32,000 nucleotides of DNA from Acholeplasma laidlawii PG-8A. Its GTDB lineage: Bacteria; Bacillota_I; Bacilli_A; Acholeplasmatales; Acholeplasmataceae. Positions 8,380 through 17,637 of the stretch are shown here, piece after piece (the first letter of the stretch is position 1; the number at the start of each line of letters is the position of its first letter). The position numbers and the translations under genes were made by a program. The DNA lies in assembly GCF_000018785.1 (NCBI RefSeq), contig NC_010163.1, forward strand, positions 1,230,001 through 1,262,000, in the 5' to 3' direction. The notes under the pieces are model-generated. The model was not told the origin of the DNA. It did not search any database and saw only the letters and a list, made by a program, of their open reading frames with translations.

Positions 8380-9222
8380 CTATTTATTTTTAAATACTTC
8401 AAACTCTCTTACAGGATATTCATGTTCACCATCTCTTTGAAGATAGCTATCTGTTAACATCGATACTTTGATGTGTTGTCCTTTGTAAAATCTTACAAAA
8501 TTTCTAAATATTTTATGCCATCCTAAATAGATAGTTGGAAATATCATAAAAATCAACCATCTAGGTACCTTTTTTATGACTACCAATTCTAAATGATTAA
8601 GTTTCCGTAATTTTTTAGGTGCGAGTTTCATACCGCCACCAAAATAAGGTGCGTTCATTGCTGTGACAAACCAAACTTTATTTTCTTCCCATACCTTACC
8701 ATCGACATCAATTAACACCGATACTGGTTTATAAGACATAAATGATTTAAAAGCATTCTTAAAATAGTTTGATTTATTCTTAGATTCCTTAGAAGTGTTC
8801 ACATTATAACAAACAAGTCCATCAAGACCAACACCAGCACCATTTAAAAATAATTCTTCTTTACCATTTACTTTTAAGATTGGTAGATTTTGAATGTATG
8901 GTTTAATGTCAACCAAGTGCTTTTTGGATTTAATGCTGCGCATAAAATCATTACCGGTACCTGCTTTATACATATAGATCTGTGGTTTTATTTCAATACC
9001 TTTAATTTGGTTTACAACACGGTTTAAAGTACCATCACCACCAATTAAGATCATACGATCCTCTTCATTATAACCATTTAAAAACTTTTCAACATCCCCT
9101 ATTTCAAGTAGGTTAACAATTTTAGATGATCTCTCTTCTTTGATTGCTTTTTTATGAAGTTTTTCTGCAATTTTTATATTTTTGCCCTTGTTTGATAATG
9201 GGTTATATAAGATTATCTCCAT
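8380..9222 (-). CDS. Diacylglycerol/lipid kinase family protein (DAGK catalytic domain)
   Basis: LYNPLSNKGK, LIGGDGTLNRVVNQI, YKAGTGNDFMRSI, FLNGAGVGLDGLV and DGE motifs of the LCB5/DagK family. Confidence 0.85.
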   Translation of the reverse strand: MEIILYNPLSNKGKNIKIAEKLHKKAIKEERSSKIVNLLEIGDVEKFLNGYNEEDRMILIGGDGTLNRVVNQIKGIEIKPQIYMYKAGTGNDFMRSIKSKKHLVDIKPYIQNLPILKVNGKEELFLNGAGVGLDGLVCYNVNTSKESKNKSNYFKNAFKSFMSYKPVSVLIDVDGKVWEENKVWFVTAMNAPYFGGGMKLAPKKLRKLNHLELVVIKKVPRWLIFMIFPTIYLGWHKIFRNFVRFYKGQHIKVSMLTDSYLQRDGEHEYPVREFEVFKNK

Positions 9223-9230
9223 CGCTATAT

Positions 9231-10472
9231 TTAAAATACGATGAGTGCGTATTTTTTCTTCCCTCTTCTAATGATTGCATATGTATCAAATGCTTTTGAT
9301 GTTTCTCCTACATTATACATGGAATCTGTTATCTTTTCACCTTGAATACTTATAGCACCATTTGAAATAAACTCTCTTGCTTCTCTGTTAGAGGAAGCAA
9401 GTTTTGATTTTACTACAAGCTCAATTAAACTTTCACCATTAAAACGCACCACGTCAATAACGCTTTCTAGTGTCTTATAAGCTGATTTTGTTAAACCATT
9501 AAACTCACCACTAAATAATGCTTCTGTTACTTGGAGTGCAGTTTCTAATTCTTCTTTACCATGTACTAATTCTACAACCGCTTTAGCTAATACTTTTTGA
9601 GCGTGGCGTAGCTCTGGTTTTTCACGGTGTGTTTCTAAAATGGCTTCAATCTCATCTTGTTCAATTAATGTTAGAAGTTTTAAGAATTGTTCAATATCTG
9701 TATCACTACTATTTAAAAAGTATTGGTATAACTCATAAGGTGATGTAAGTTCTTTATCTAGCCATAATGCACCAGATTCTGATTTACCAAATTTTGTACC
9801 ATCCGCTTTTAATAATAGTGGGCTAGATAATCCAACTGCATCATTTTTACCTAATACACGGCGAATCAGTTCTAATCCAGATGTTAAGTTACCCCATTGG
9901 TCTGATCCACCAAATTGAATTTTAACATCACGGTTTTGGTATAGATTTAACCAGTCAATGGACTGTAAAATCATATAAGAAAACTCTGTATAAGAAATAC
10001 CTGATTCTAATCTTTTTTGAACCGTATCTTTATGTAACATATAAGATACACTAAAATGTTTTCCATAATCTCTTAAGAAACTAATTAAATCGATTTTAGA
10101 TAACCATTCATAGTTATTTACAAACTCTACATTACCTTTAATAAGTCCTTTGATTTGGTTTTCAATTTTCTGAGCATTTTCAAGTGATTTTTCAAGTGTT
10201 AATAAAGAACGTTCACTTGTTTCTCTTGGATCTCCAATCAAACCTGTACCACCACCAATTAATACAACCGGTGTATGTCCATGTTTTTGTAGGTATAACA
10301 TACGTACAATTTGGACTAAGTGTCCGACTGTTAAAGATTCACCTGTTGGGTCATAACCCACATAAAATTTAATTTTTTGTTCATTTAATAATTGTTTAGC
10401 AAGTTCAAGATCACTAACATCTTTGACCATGCCTCTATATTCTAGTTGTTTAAATAAGTCCATTTTCTTCAC
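9231..10472 (-). CDS. tyrS: Tyrosyl-tRNA synthetase
   Basis: [39 protein letters not shown]; T-box with Tyr specifier upstream. Confidence 0.96.
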
Positions 10473-10520
10473 TATCCTTCTTTATACTTTCATATCTTAT
10501 CATAATTTATTAAAAAATAA

Positions 10521-10710
10521 GTCCCTAGGTTGAAAAATCAACCTAAGGACGCATTATATCGTGGTACCACCTTAGTTCACATTGCTGTGCACTCATTTAT
10601 TTCATTTAATCTCATTAGTTGTACTTCATACATATCATTAACTTCTAGTCTTCCACCATATACTAGATCTCTTTTTATAAGTTGATATATATTACTTAAG
10701 TCTAAATCAT
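10521..10710 (-). promoter_or_regulatory. T-box leader (tRNA-Tyr responsive) of tyrS
   Basis: Minus strand CTAAGGTGGTACCACG near 10560-10575; specifier TAC (complement of 10621-10623) in ATGAAGTACAACTAATGAG; terminator GTCCTTAGGTTGATTTTTCAACCTAGGGAC at 10521-10550. Confidence 0.92.
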
Positions 10711-10717
10711 CGATCGA

Positions 10718-11710
10718 TTAAATTGATTCTCTGTTAATAATTCTGTGAGGTAAGATGATTCTTGTATTTTCAACATCTTGAGATTGCATTAACTTGGTTA
10801 ATAATCTCATAGAAACAGCACCAATATCATATACTGGAATATCAATAGATGTTAATTCAGGTCTTGATAATGTTGCATACTTGGTATTTTGGAAACCAGC
10901 AATTTTTAAGTTCTCTGGCACTTTTTTACCGTTATTGATTGCTGTGTTTAAAAATGATACTGCAATAGAGTCTCTAACTGCAATTGCCCCATCTACATTA
11001 ATATCTGCAAAGAATGTCTCAAAGTGCGGTTTATTAATCGATGTGTCACCACTGGTTCTAAAAATCATTGGTTCAAGTTTAGCTTCAACCATAGCCTTTG
11101 TATAACCTTCTTCTTTTTTATCATTCACACTATATCTTCTAGCTGTTGATAGTAAGTAAATGTCTTTACAGTTCTTTTCAATTAATTTTTTAGTAATTTC
11201 ATATCCTGCTTTAACATAGTCAATCGATACAGTAGGTACGATTGGATCTGATGTTGCAACATTAGCAAACACATAAGGAATCTTGTTTTCATTAAACATA
11301 CGTTTAATTAATTCAACATCTTTATCGCTTAATTCATCATTTAAATAAAGAATGCCATCCACTTGTTCTGCAACAATATTTTGTAAGGTATCTAGTACAT
11401 CAGCTTCATCATGTATGGTAAAAAGTTTAATAGAATATTTATACTTTTCAGCAATATCAGCAATACCGCCTAACATTTCAGAAACAGATGCTCTAGTAAT
11501 ATCTGAAATGACAACACCGACTGTTGTTGTTTTTCTACTCGCTAGACCTCTAGCGATAACGTTTGGTCTATAACCTAACTCTTTAATTACTTTTAAAACA
11601 CGTAAACGCGTTTCTTCTTTAACCTTCTCTGGTGAATTTAAAACTCTGGAAACTGTAGCTAATGAAACACCTGCAGCCCCAGCAACGTCATAAATAGTTG
11701 CATTACTCAT
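10718..11710 (-). CDS. ccpA: LacI-family regulator, CcpA-like
   Basis: MSNATIYDVAGAAGVSLATVSRVLNSPEKVKEETRLRVLKVIKELGYRPNVIARGLASRKTTTVGVVISDI plus C-terminal ILPHRIINRESI as in CcpA. ATG at 11710 preceded by AAAGGAG. Confidence 0.8.
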   Translation of the reverse strand: MSNATIYDVAGAAGVSLATVSRVLNSPEKVKEETRLRVLKVIKELGYRPNVIARGLASRKTTTVGVVISDITRASVSEMLGGIADIAEKYKYSIKLFTIHDEADVLDTLQNIVAEQVDGILYLNDELSDKDVELIKRMFNENKIPYVFANVATSDPIVPTVSIDYVKAGYEITKKLIEKNCKDIYLLSTARRYSVNDKKEEGYTKAMVEAKLEPMIFRTSGDTSINKPHFETFFADINVDGAIAVRDSIAVSFLNTAINNGKKVPENLKIAGFQNTKYATLSRPELTSIDIPVYDIGAVSMRLLTKLMQSQDVENTRIILPHRIINRESI

Positions 11711-11735
11711 AGATATCACTCCTTTAATATTACAA

Positions 11736-11764
11736 ATTATATCATATATTGTAAGCACTTACAA
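11736..11764 (-). promoter_or_regulatory. Promoter of the ccpA-like gene
   Basis: Minus strand TTGTAA (11759-11764), 17 bp spacer, TATAAT (11736-11741). Confidence 0.65.
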
Positions 11765-11767
11765 TAT
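11746..11767. promoter_or_regulatory. Palindromic operator candidate over the ccpA promoter
   Basis: ATATTGTAAG-CA-CTTACAATAT: 10-bp perfect arms with 2-nt centre, overlapping the -35 and spacer. Confidence 0.6.
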
Positions 11768-11839
11768 GTAATGTAACAAAATGTAAAAACTTTCATAAAC
11801 CGAACATATTATACATAAAAATTGTATTTATAAAAAGAA

Positions 11840-11868
11840 GAGCACTCAAGTACTAGGCTTGAGTGCTC
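11840..11868 (-). terminator. Terminator of the rplS transcript
   Basis: GAGCACTCAAG-loop-CTTGAGTGCTC followed on the minus strand by TTCTTTTT. Confidence 0.8.
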
Positions 11869-11881
11869 CACTATCAACAAA

Positions 11882-12244
11882 TTAGTTTTGTTTTCTTTCT
11901 TTAATACGTGCAGCTTTTTTACTTAAAGTACGGATGTAATTTAATTTAGCTCTACGTACCACACCGTAACGAATGACTTCAATACGATCTACTGCAGGTG
12001 AGTGTACTGGGAATGTTCTTTCAACACCAATACCACTTGATAATTTACGTACTGTAAATGTTTCACCAATGCCAGCGCCTTGACGTTTAATTACTAAACC
12101 TTCAAATAACTGGATTCTTTCTTTCGCGCCTTCTTTAATTTTAACGTAAACACCAACAGTGTCTCCTGCGTTAAAACTTGGGCGTTCCATTAAGTGCTTT
12201 TTTGTGATTTCAGCGATTAACGCTTGACCTTTTAGTTTTGCCAT
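11882..12244 (-). CDS. rplS: 50S ribosomal protein L19
   Basis: [52 protein letters not shown]...[35 protein letters not shown]. Confidence 0.97.
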   Translation of the reverse strand: MAKLKGQALIAEITKKHLMERPSFNAGDTVGVYVKIKEGAKERIQLFEGLVIKRQGAGIGETFTVRKLSSGIGVERTFPVHSPAVDRIEVIRYGVVRRAKLNYIRTLSKKAARIKERKQN

Positions 12245-12307
12245 ATAACGATTCTCCTTATTCTACGTCTGTTCTTGAGTAGATAAAACTCAGCGGACCA
12301 GCGTGCT
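12245..12307 (-). ncRNA. Candidate rplS 5' leader (possible L19 autoregulatory leader)
   Basis: About 60-nt leader CACGCTGGTCCGCTGAGTTTTATCTACTCAAGAACAGACG with a possible TGAG/CTCA and GTC/GAC helix; L19 leader RNAs are known in Firmicutes. Not verified against a covariance model. Confidence 0.35.
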
Positions 12308-12313
12308 TTTTAA

Positions 12314-12342
12314 ATTATACATGAAACCCTATTGGGATTCAA
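12314..12342 (-). promoter_or_regulatory. Promoter for rplS overlapping the 3' end of trmD
   Basis: Minus strand TTGAAT (12337-12342), 17 bp spacer CCCAATAGGGTTTCATG, TATAAT (12314-12319). Confidence 0.65.
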
Positions 12343-13060
12343 GATTTTTTTTTATTTTACTTAATATCTTACTTTCTTCCTTGGTAAGATCTCTATTCAC
12401 TAATAAATCAGGTCTTTTGAGATATGTTTTCTCTAAACTCTTCTCTAAGCGCCATAATCTAATTTTTTCATGATGTCCAGATTTTAATATATCTGGAACG
12501 CTCATGCCTAAATATTCATCAGGTTTAGTATATTGTGGGTATTTAAGTAACCCTTGTTGATGGGTATCTTCCATGTAAGATGCTTCATTAATCACACCAG
12601 GAATTAACCTTGTAATACTGTCTGTAATCACCATTGCAGGTATCTCACCGCCAGTTAATACATAATCACCAATACTTATTTCTTCATCGATTAAGTTTTG
12701 AATACGATCATCAATACCTTCATAATGCCCACAAATTAAAATTAAGTGTTTAATTTCATCACGCCACTTGGTTGCTACTTGTTGATTGAAGACATTACCT
12801 TGTGGTGATAATAAAACTGTATACGTATCTTTAGTTTTTAATTTGTTAATAAGTTTATGAAAAGGTGGATAGATCATTAACATACCCGCACCACCACCAT
12901 AGGGTGTATCATCAATTTTTCCACCTTTTAAATCGGTATACAATCTTAAGTCGTGGATATTGATTTCCACACGCTTATCTTCGATTGCATGCTTGATTTT
13001 AGATGTTGTTAAAAATTGATCAAAGAAGTTTGGGAAGATTGTAATAATATCAATAATCAT
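12329..13060 (-). CDS. trmD: tRNA (guanine37-N1)-methyltransferase
   Basis: IDIITIFPNFF, DDTPYGGGAGMLM, LICGHYEGIDDRI, EISIGDYVLTGGEIPAMVI. Confidence 0.97.
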   Translation of the reverse strand: MIIDIITIFPNFFDQFLTTSKIKHAIEDKRVEINIHDLRLYTDLKGGKIDDTPYGGGAGMLMIYPPFHKLINKLKTKDTYTVLLSPQGNVFNQQVATKWRDEIKHLILICGHYEGIDDRIQNLIDEEISIGDYVLTGGEIPAMVITDSITRLIPGVINEASYMEDTHQQGLLKYPQYTKPDEYLGMSVPDILKSGHHEKIRLWRLEKSLEKTYLKRPDLLVNRDLTKEESKILSKIKKNLESQ

Positions 13061-13536
13061 ATTAAACCTTCTATCGTTTCAATGTGAATAGATGTTTCAT
13101 CAACTGATTTAATGAATTTATCTATAAACGGTATAAGCACTGTCTTACCGTTATCATCTCTAAGAATTCTTAGGAGATAACCTTGTGGTACATCCACTAA
13201 TTCTAAGACTGTTCCAATCAAATAATTATGTTGATCATATACTTTAAGACCAATTAATTTGGGCAGATGAAATGCATCTGATTCTAAATCAAGAGGCTCT
13301 TCATCCGTATAAATTTCTTGTTGTTTTAAGTGTTCCACGTCAGTTAAAGTTGGATAGCCTACAAATGAGACTAATAATAAATCCTTTTGCTCTCTAACAG
13401 TTTGAATTTTGTATTTAGTGTCTTTAATGATAACATCAAAACCTTTTACAAAACGATCAAAATCTGTATGGGGTTTAATTTTAACTTCACCCTTGATGCC
13501 GTGGGTTTGCACCACTTTACCAATAGAATACAACAT
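13057..13536 (-). CDS. rimM: 16S rRNA processing protein RimM
   Basis: SIGKVVQTHGIKGEVKIKPHTDF and PHLIGL/PRC-like C-terminal half; operon position between trmD and the KH protein. Confidence 0.93.
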   Translation of the reverse strand: MLYSIGKVVQTHGIKGEVKIKPHTDFDRFVKGFDVIIKDTKYKIQTVREQKDLLLVSFVGYPTLTDVEHLKQQEIYTDEEPLDLESDAFHLPKLIGLKVYDQHNYLIGTVLELVDVPQGYLLRILRDDNGKTVLIPFIDKFIKSVDETSIHIETIEGLI

Positions 13537-13539
13537 TGA

Positions 13540-13788
13540 TTAATACGTATCGATGTGTAAATGGACACGTTTACCAACTTTAGATGCACCTGCATAAACG
13601 ATGGTACGGATTGCAGTTGCAATCTTTCCACCTTTACCAATTACACGACCTAAATCTTGTTCATTTACAAGTAATTGAATATGAACGATTTGATCATCTT
13701 CTGATAATACTTTTACAGAAACATCATCTGGGGAAACCACTAATGGCGTAACTATTTGTTTGATTAACTTTGCAAAATCTACTGCCAT
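13540..13788 (-). CDS. khpA: KH-domain RNA-binding protein (KhpA/YlqC)
   Basis: LAKLIKQIVTPLVVSPDDV...NEQDLGRVIGKGGKIATAIRTIV; canonical GxxG KH motif and operon position. Confidence 0.92.
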   Translation of the reverse strand: MAVDFAKLIKQIVTPLVVSPDDVSVKVLSEDDQIVHIQLLVNEQDLGRVIGKGGKIATAIRTIVYAGASKVGKRVHLHIDTY

Positions 13789-13809
13789 ATGTTTGACCCC
13801 CTTTTATAA

Positions 13810-14052
13810 TTATTTGTTTAAAACATTAAACTTTTTGAATAAACTCTTTACTGTGTCTGTAGGTTGTGCACCGTTATTCATCCAAGCTTGAACTTTTTCG
13901 CTATCAACTGCTACAGCGCCTTTGATTGGTTCATAAGTTCCAACTATTTCTAAGAATTTTCCATCTCTTGGTGCTTTAGCATCAGCTGCTACAATTCTGT
14001 AGAATGGACGTTTATGATTACCAAAACGTTGTAAACGTAATTTAACTGCCAT
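13810..14052 (-). CDS. rpsP: 30S ribosomal protein S16
   Basis: [42 protein letters not shown]. Confidence 0.97.
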   Translation of the reverse strand: MAVKLRLQRFGNHKRPFYRIVAADAKAPRDGKFLEIVGTYEPIKGAVAVDSEKVQAWMNNGAQPTDTVKSLFKKFNVLNK

Positions 14053-14136
14053 ATTATTTTCTCCTTATATCTAAATTTAATTCCATACTATTTTAACACA
14101 ATAATAACATCTGTCAAGTAGTTTTGGTTGACAATG

Positions 14137-14367
14137 TTATATATTGGCATTTTCGTCATAAAATAGTGAAGGAGTTACCCCAATAAACCCTTTAACATTC
14201 TTTAGATGATTGACTAAAAGCTTTTCACCCTTAGCTTCATCAAGGTATACAATCGCGTAATTAAATTTTTTAGAGATGTAAGTTAGATTCACATCCATCT
14301 TACTTAATCTTTTAGGTACTTCTTTACCTTTAAAGTCGACTATAAATGCACATCTTTTTATTTCCAT
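14137..14367 (-). CDS. YlbG-like (UPF0298/DUF2129) protein
   Basis: KRCAFIVDFKGKEVPKRLSKMDVNLTYISKKFNYAIVYLDEAKGEKLLVNHLKNVKGFIGVTPS resembles YlbG; ATG at 14367 follows GGAAGG. Confidence 0.6.
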   Translation of the reverse strand: MEIKRCAFIVDFKGKEVPKRLSKMDVNLTYISKKFNYAIVYLDEAKGEKLLVNHLKNVKGFIGVTPSLFYDENANI

Positions 14368-14371
14368 AGTA

Positions 14372-15070
14372 TTACCTTCCAAATATATCGTTTTCTTCAA
14401 TTTCTTTATATGTTCCCGGTTCTAGATCAAGTGTTAGAGCACCAATTTGAATTCTCTTTAAATTAGTCACCAAAAACCCAACTTCTAAAAACATCTTTTT
14501 AACTTGATGAAATTTACCTTCATCAATGGTTATATATGCAACATCTTCCTTATAATGTAGGTCTAGTGCTATACCGATATAAGGCATGCCATCTTCACCC
14601 ATAATTTCAACACCTTGAAGTAGTTTTAACTTGGATGACTCGTTAAAGTGTTTATCGAGTTTAGCTTCATATACTTTTCTGATTTTCTTCTTAGGGTGTG
14701 TGATTTGGTGAACCAAATCACCACTCGTTGTAAGAATGACTAACCCTTCAGAATCATAATCTAATCTACCTGCGATCTTTAAATCATATTGATTATAAGG
14801 TGCACCGATTAGTTCAAATAATGATGGGTAAATTTCTGCTTTATGACTTGATAAATAGCCTGCAGGTTTATAAAAGGAAAGTATGACATTTTCTTTATAA
14901 ATGACTTCGGTGCCATTAACGAATATTTTATCATAATTTGGGTCAATTTTAACATCGGATGATTTAACGGTTAAATTACCCACTTTAACAAGCCCGTTTT
15001 TAACCATTAATTTAATTTCTTTTCTACTCCCATAATTTAAGTTAGAGAGGAATTTGTCTAGTCTCATCAT
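14372..15070 (-). CDS. RsuA/RluB-family rRNA pseudouridine synthase
   Basis: S4-like N-terminus MRLDKFLSNLNYGSRKEIKLMVKNGLVKVNG-type, catalytic GRLDYDSEGLVILT, EGKFHQVKKMF. Confidence 0.88.
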   Translation of the reverse strand: MMRLDKFLSNLNYGSRKEIKLMVKNGLVKVGNLTVKSSDVKIDPNYDKIFVNGTEVIYKENVILSFYKPAGYLSSHKAEIYPSLFELIGAPYNQYDLKIAGRLDYDSEGLVILTTSGDLVHQITHPKKKIRKVYEAKLDKHFNESSKLKLLQGVEIMGEDGMPYIGIALDLHYKEDVAYITIDEGKFHQVKKMFLEVGFLVTNLKRIQIGALTLDLEPGTYKEIEENDIFGR

Positions 15071-15110
15071 AATCTCCTTATGATATAATATGTCTTAGAG
15101 GTGAATACAT

Positions 15111-15698
15111 ATGATTAAAATGAACCATATCATTAGGGAAGGACACCCTAGTTTAACAACCCCATCAAAACCCGTCCTATTACCATTATCTCAAAAAGAT
15201 ATAGATTTAGGTAAATCTCTAATAGAATATGTGAAAAATAGTCAAGATGATGCAATGGTTAAAAAACATCGCCTTCGCCCATCTGTTGGACTAGCTGCAC
15301 CACAAATTAACGAATTAAAAAGAATGTTTGCTATGCATGTAGAAGATATGGACGGTACCCTTTATTCTTACGTGATGATTAACCCTGAAATTGTTGGTCA
15401 TACTCACGAAGAAACCTACCTACCTGGTGGTGAAGGATGTCTTTCAGTAGACCGTGCAACAAGTGGTTTAACACCAAGATACTACGGTATCATGGTAAGA
15501 GGCTATCATCTTGATTTTGAAAGCTTAACGGCTAAACCAATTGAGTTAACCTTAGAAGGTTATCCTGCAATTGTATTCCAACACGAATATGATCATTTAG
15601 ACGGTATTATGTTTACATCTAAATTATATCCTAACTTACCAAATGCATTCCCGTTATTCGAAACATCTGAGGAAGAATCAGAACCGATTGCTGAATAA
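15111..15698 (+). CDS. def: Peptide deformylase
   Basis: GLAAPQI, EGCLSVD, QHEYDHLDGIMF metallohydrolase motifs. Confidence 0.96.
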   Translation: MIKMNHIIREGHPSLTTPSKPVLLPLSQKDIDLGKSLIEYVKNSQDDAMVKKHRLRPSVGLAAPQINELKRMFAMHVEDMDGTLYSYVMINPEIVGHTHEETYLPGGEGCLSVDRATSGLTPRYYGIMVRGYHLDFESLTAKPIELTLEGYPAIVFQHEYDHLDGIMFTSKLYPNLPNAFPLFETSEEESEPIAE

Positions 15699-15702
15699 AC
15701 TT

Positions 15703-15749
15703 AAGGCTTAGAACCCAAATTGATATGAGTTCTAAGCCTTTTATTTTTA
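15703..15749 (+). terminator. Terminator of def
   Basis: AAGGCTTAGAAC-loop-GTTCTAAGCCTT then TTATTTTTATT. Confidence 0.8.
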
Positions 15750-15763
15750 TTGATTATTTTAAA

Positions 15764-17623
15764 TTAAACTGTAACACCAACAGAGACAACTGGTTTATAT
15801 CTAAACTCTGCAATGTTGTGTGATTTTTGTACCACATCTTTATTTCCATAGTAATCAAGTACTTCAACTTCAAGTTCTTCAATACGTGTGATTTGACCAT
15901 TTAGATATTGGTTTAATTTAAGTATGGCTGTATCTATTCTTTGTAAGATACCACCAATTCTTAAATCTTGAATCTCATAACCAAATGCTTTATTTTCTAG
16001 ATACCATTGTTTCATAAAGGCGTCTTTAAATTCAACAATTAGTTTTTTAGTTTGTTTTAGATCGCGTAAGGATTTTAATAAACCATCTTTATCTTTTCGT
16101 TGATACGAACCTCTAAGTTCAACACCTAATAACACTTTTTTCTTTAAGACTTTGAGCAGGGCAAATTGAGTTTCAAATATATATCTATATTCACCATAGT
16201 TATCCATTTGTTTTTTCATCTTATTGACATGTTTTGTATAGATTTTAGGATAGTGTGCTTCTGTCGTTGAATCTAGTAGTCCTAGTAAGATGTCATTATA
16301 TAGGAAGTGTTTATTTGCAGTTGATTTGTGTGCTAAGTTATTTGTGAGTTGGTTCGCACTATCAATTAGCATGAAGGCATCAAAGTCTACTTTGGTAACC
16401 ACTTTAAATGTATGTTTAAATGCATCATCAATCTCTTGGTGTCCATATTTCAATACACCATTATAAGCAAGTGAAGGTAGAATTGAAAACGGTGATGCTT
16501 CTGCTCCATTATCGCCCCATGAGGTGATAATGACATTATCTACACCTTTATTTGCACAAGCAATCATACTTGCTTTATTTGCTGCTAAACTAAAACGGTT
16601 ATCCGGTGTGAATCCAATCCATTTCCATGCACCACCTGCAAAATAAATTGGGTTATTAAATGCTTGATGTTTTTCAATCATTTTTTCATAATGATCGACA
16701 TCCGTATGATAATAGTCCCAATAAACTAAACTAACTTCTTTAGGTACTTGATCAATGGTTGATTGAGGAATTTGTTTTTCCTTGTTGTAGTAATCTCCCC
16801 AACCTTGAGCAAAGAACATATCTGACCACATCATAGGTTCTAACCCGTATTTTTTACAAATATCTAGTACTCTTCTTAAGTGTTTAACCATGATTTCAAA
16901 TCTATTTTGATAACCATTTTTATCTAGGTATTTACCACGACCTAACATGTAAGCCTCATCCATACCAATGTTAATCTTTTTAGATTTAAAGGTAGTTGCA
17001 ACTGTTTGAATCATCTTTTCGATGAACTCATAGGTTTTTTCTTCACCTACTAATAAAATATCTAAGGTATCAAATAAATGACCGTATTGACGATATCTTG
17101 TAATGGCATTTAAATGAGCTAGTGTTTGGATACAAGGTACTAACTCCATACCTAACTCTTCAGCAAACTCTTCAATTTCTTGAAGTTCTACTTTGGTATA
17201 TGCACCGCGCATATAGCCAAAGAAAGGTTCACCTTCCATTTCAAATGTATCTTCTGTATAAAGTTGAAGTGCATCATAACCAAAGATAACTAAGTTTAAT
17301 AGATAGTCTTTCACTGTTTCTGTGGTTGCTACTGCATTTCTTGATGCATCTAACATGAACGTTAAGTTCTTAATCTTTTTTGGATAGTCTATTTTAAATG
17401 TTGCCTTATCTTCGTTTTCTTTAAATACTCTTAAAGCTACGTAGAGTTCATTGTGTGAGCTGATTTGAATATTTAAGTGTGTCGATGTTTTTTCCACACT
17501 TAAATGTGGTGCTAATGCTACATGAACCACAAGTCCATTATCACCAAGCTCTATACCTAACTTTTCTGCTACAAGACTAAATCCATTTTGGTATTTTAAA
17601 TCTAAGTTTTTGATACTTAACAT
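15764..17623 (-). CDS. Glycoside hydrolase family 20-like beta-N-acetylhexosaminidase (cytoplasmic type)
   Basis: ELGMELVPCIQTLAHLNAITRY, KKINIGMDEAYMLGRGKYL, GLEPMMWSDMFF, VYWDYY, GGAWKWIG, ITSWGDNGAEAS are GH20-like; no signal peptide seen. Confidence 0.72.
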   Translation of the reverse strand: MLSIKNLDLKYQNGFSLVAEKLGIELGDNGLVVHVALAPHLSVEKTSTHLNIQISSHNELYVALRVFKENEDKATFKIDYPKKIKNLTFMLDASRNAVATTETVKDYLLNLVIFGYDALQLYTEDTFEMEGEPFFGYMRGAYTKVELQEIEEFAEELGMELVPCIQTLAHLNAITRYRQYGHLFDTLDILLVGEEKTYEFIEKMIQTVATTFKSKKINIGMDEAYMLGRGKYLDKNGYQNRFEIMVKHLRRVLDICKKYGLEPMMWSDMFFAQGWGDYYNKEKQIPQSTIDQVPKEVSLVYWDYYHTDVDHYEKMIEKHQAFNNPIYFAGGAWKWIGFTPDNRFSLAANKASMIACANKGVDNVIITSWGDNGAEASPFSILPSLAYNGVLKYGHQEIDDAFKHTFKVVTKVDFDAFMLIDSANQLTNNLAHKSTANKHFLYNDILLGLLDSTTEAHYPKIYTKHVNKMKKQMDNYGEYRYIFETQFALLKVLKKKVLLGVELRGSYQRKDKDGLLKSLRDLKQTKKLIVEFKDAFMKQWYLENKAFGYEIQDLRIGGILQRIDTAILKLNQYLNGQITRIEELEVEVLDYYGNKDVVQKSHNIAEFRYKPVVSVGVTV

Positions 17624-17637
17624 ATTTACGCCCTTCC

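Noticed and set aside
10718-10793. A possible extra regulatory element between the ccpA stop and the tyrS T-box
   Set aside because: The sequence before about 10710 is the coding end of the ccpA-like gene; the rest is explained by the T-box leader.
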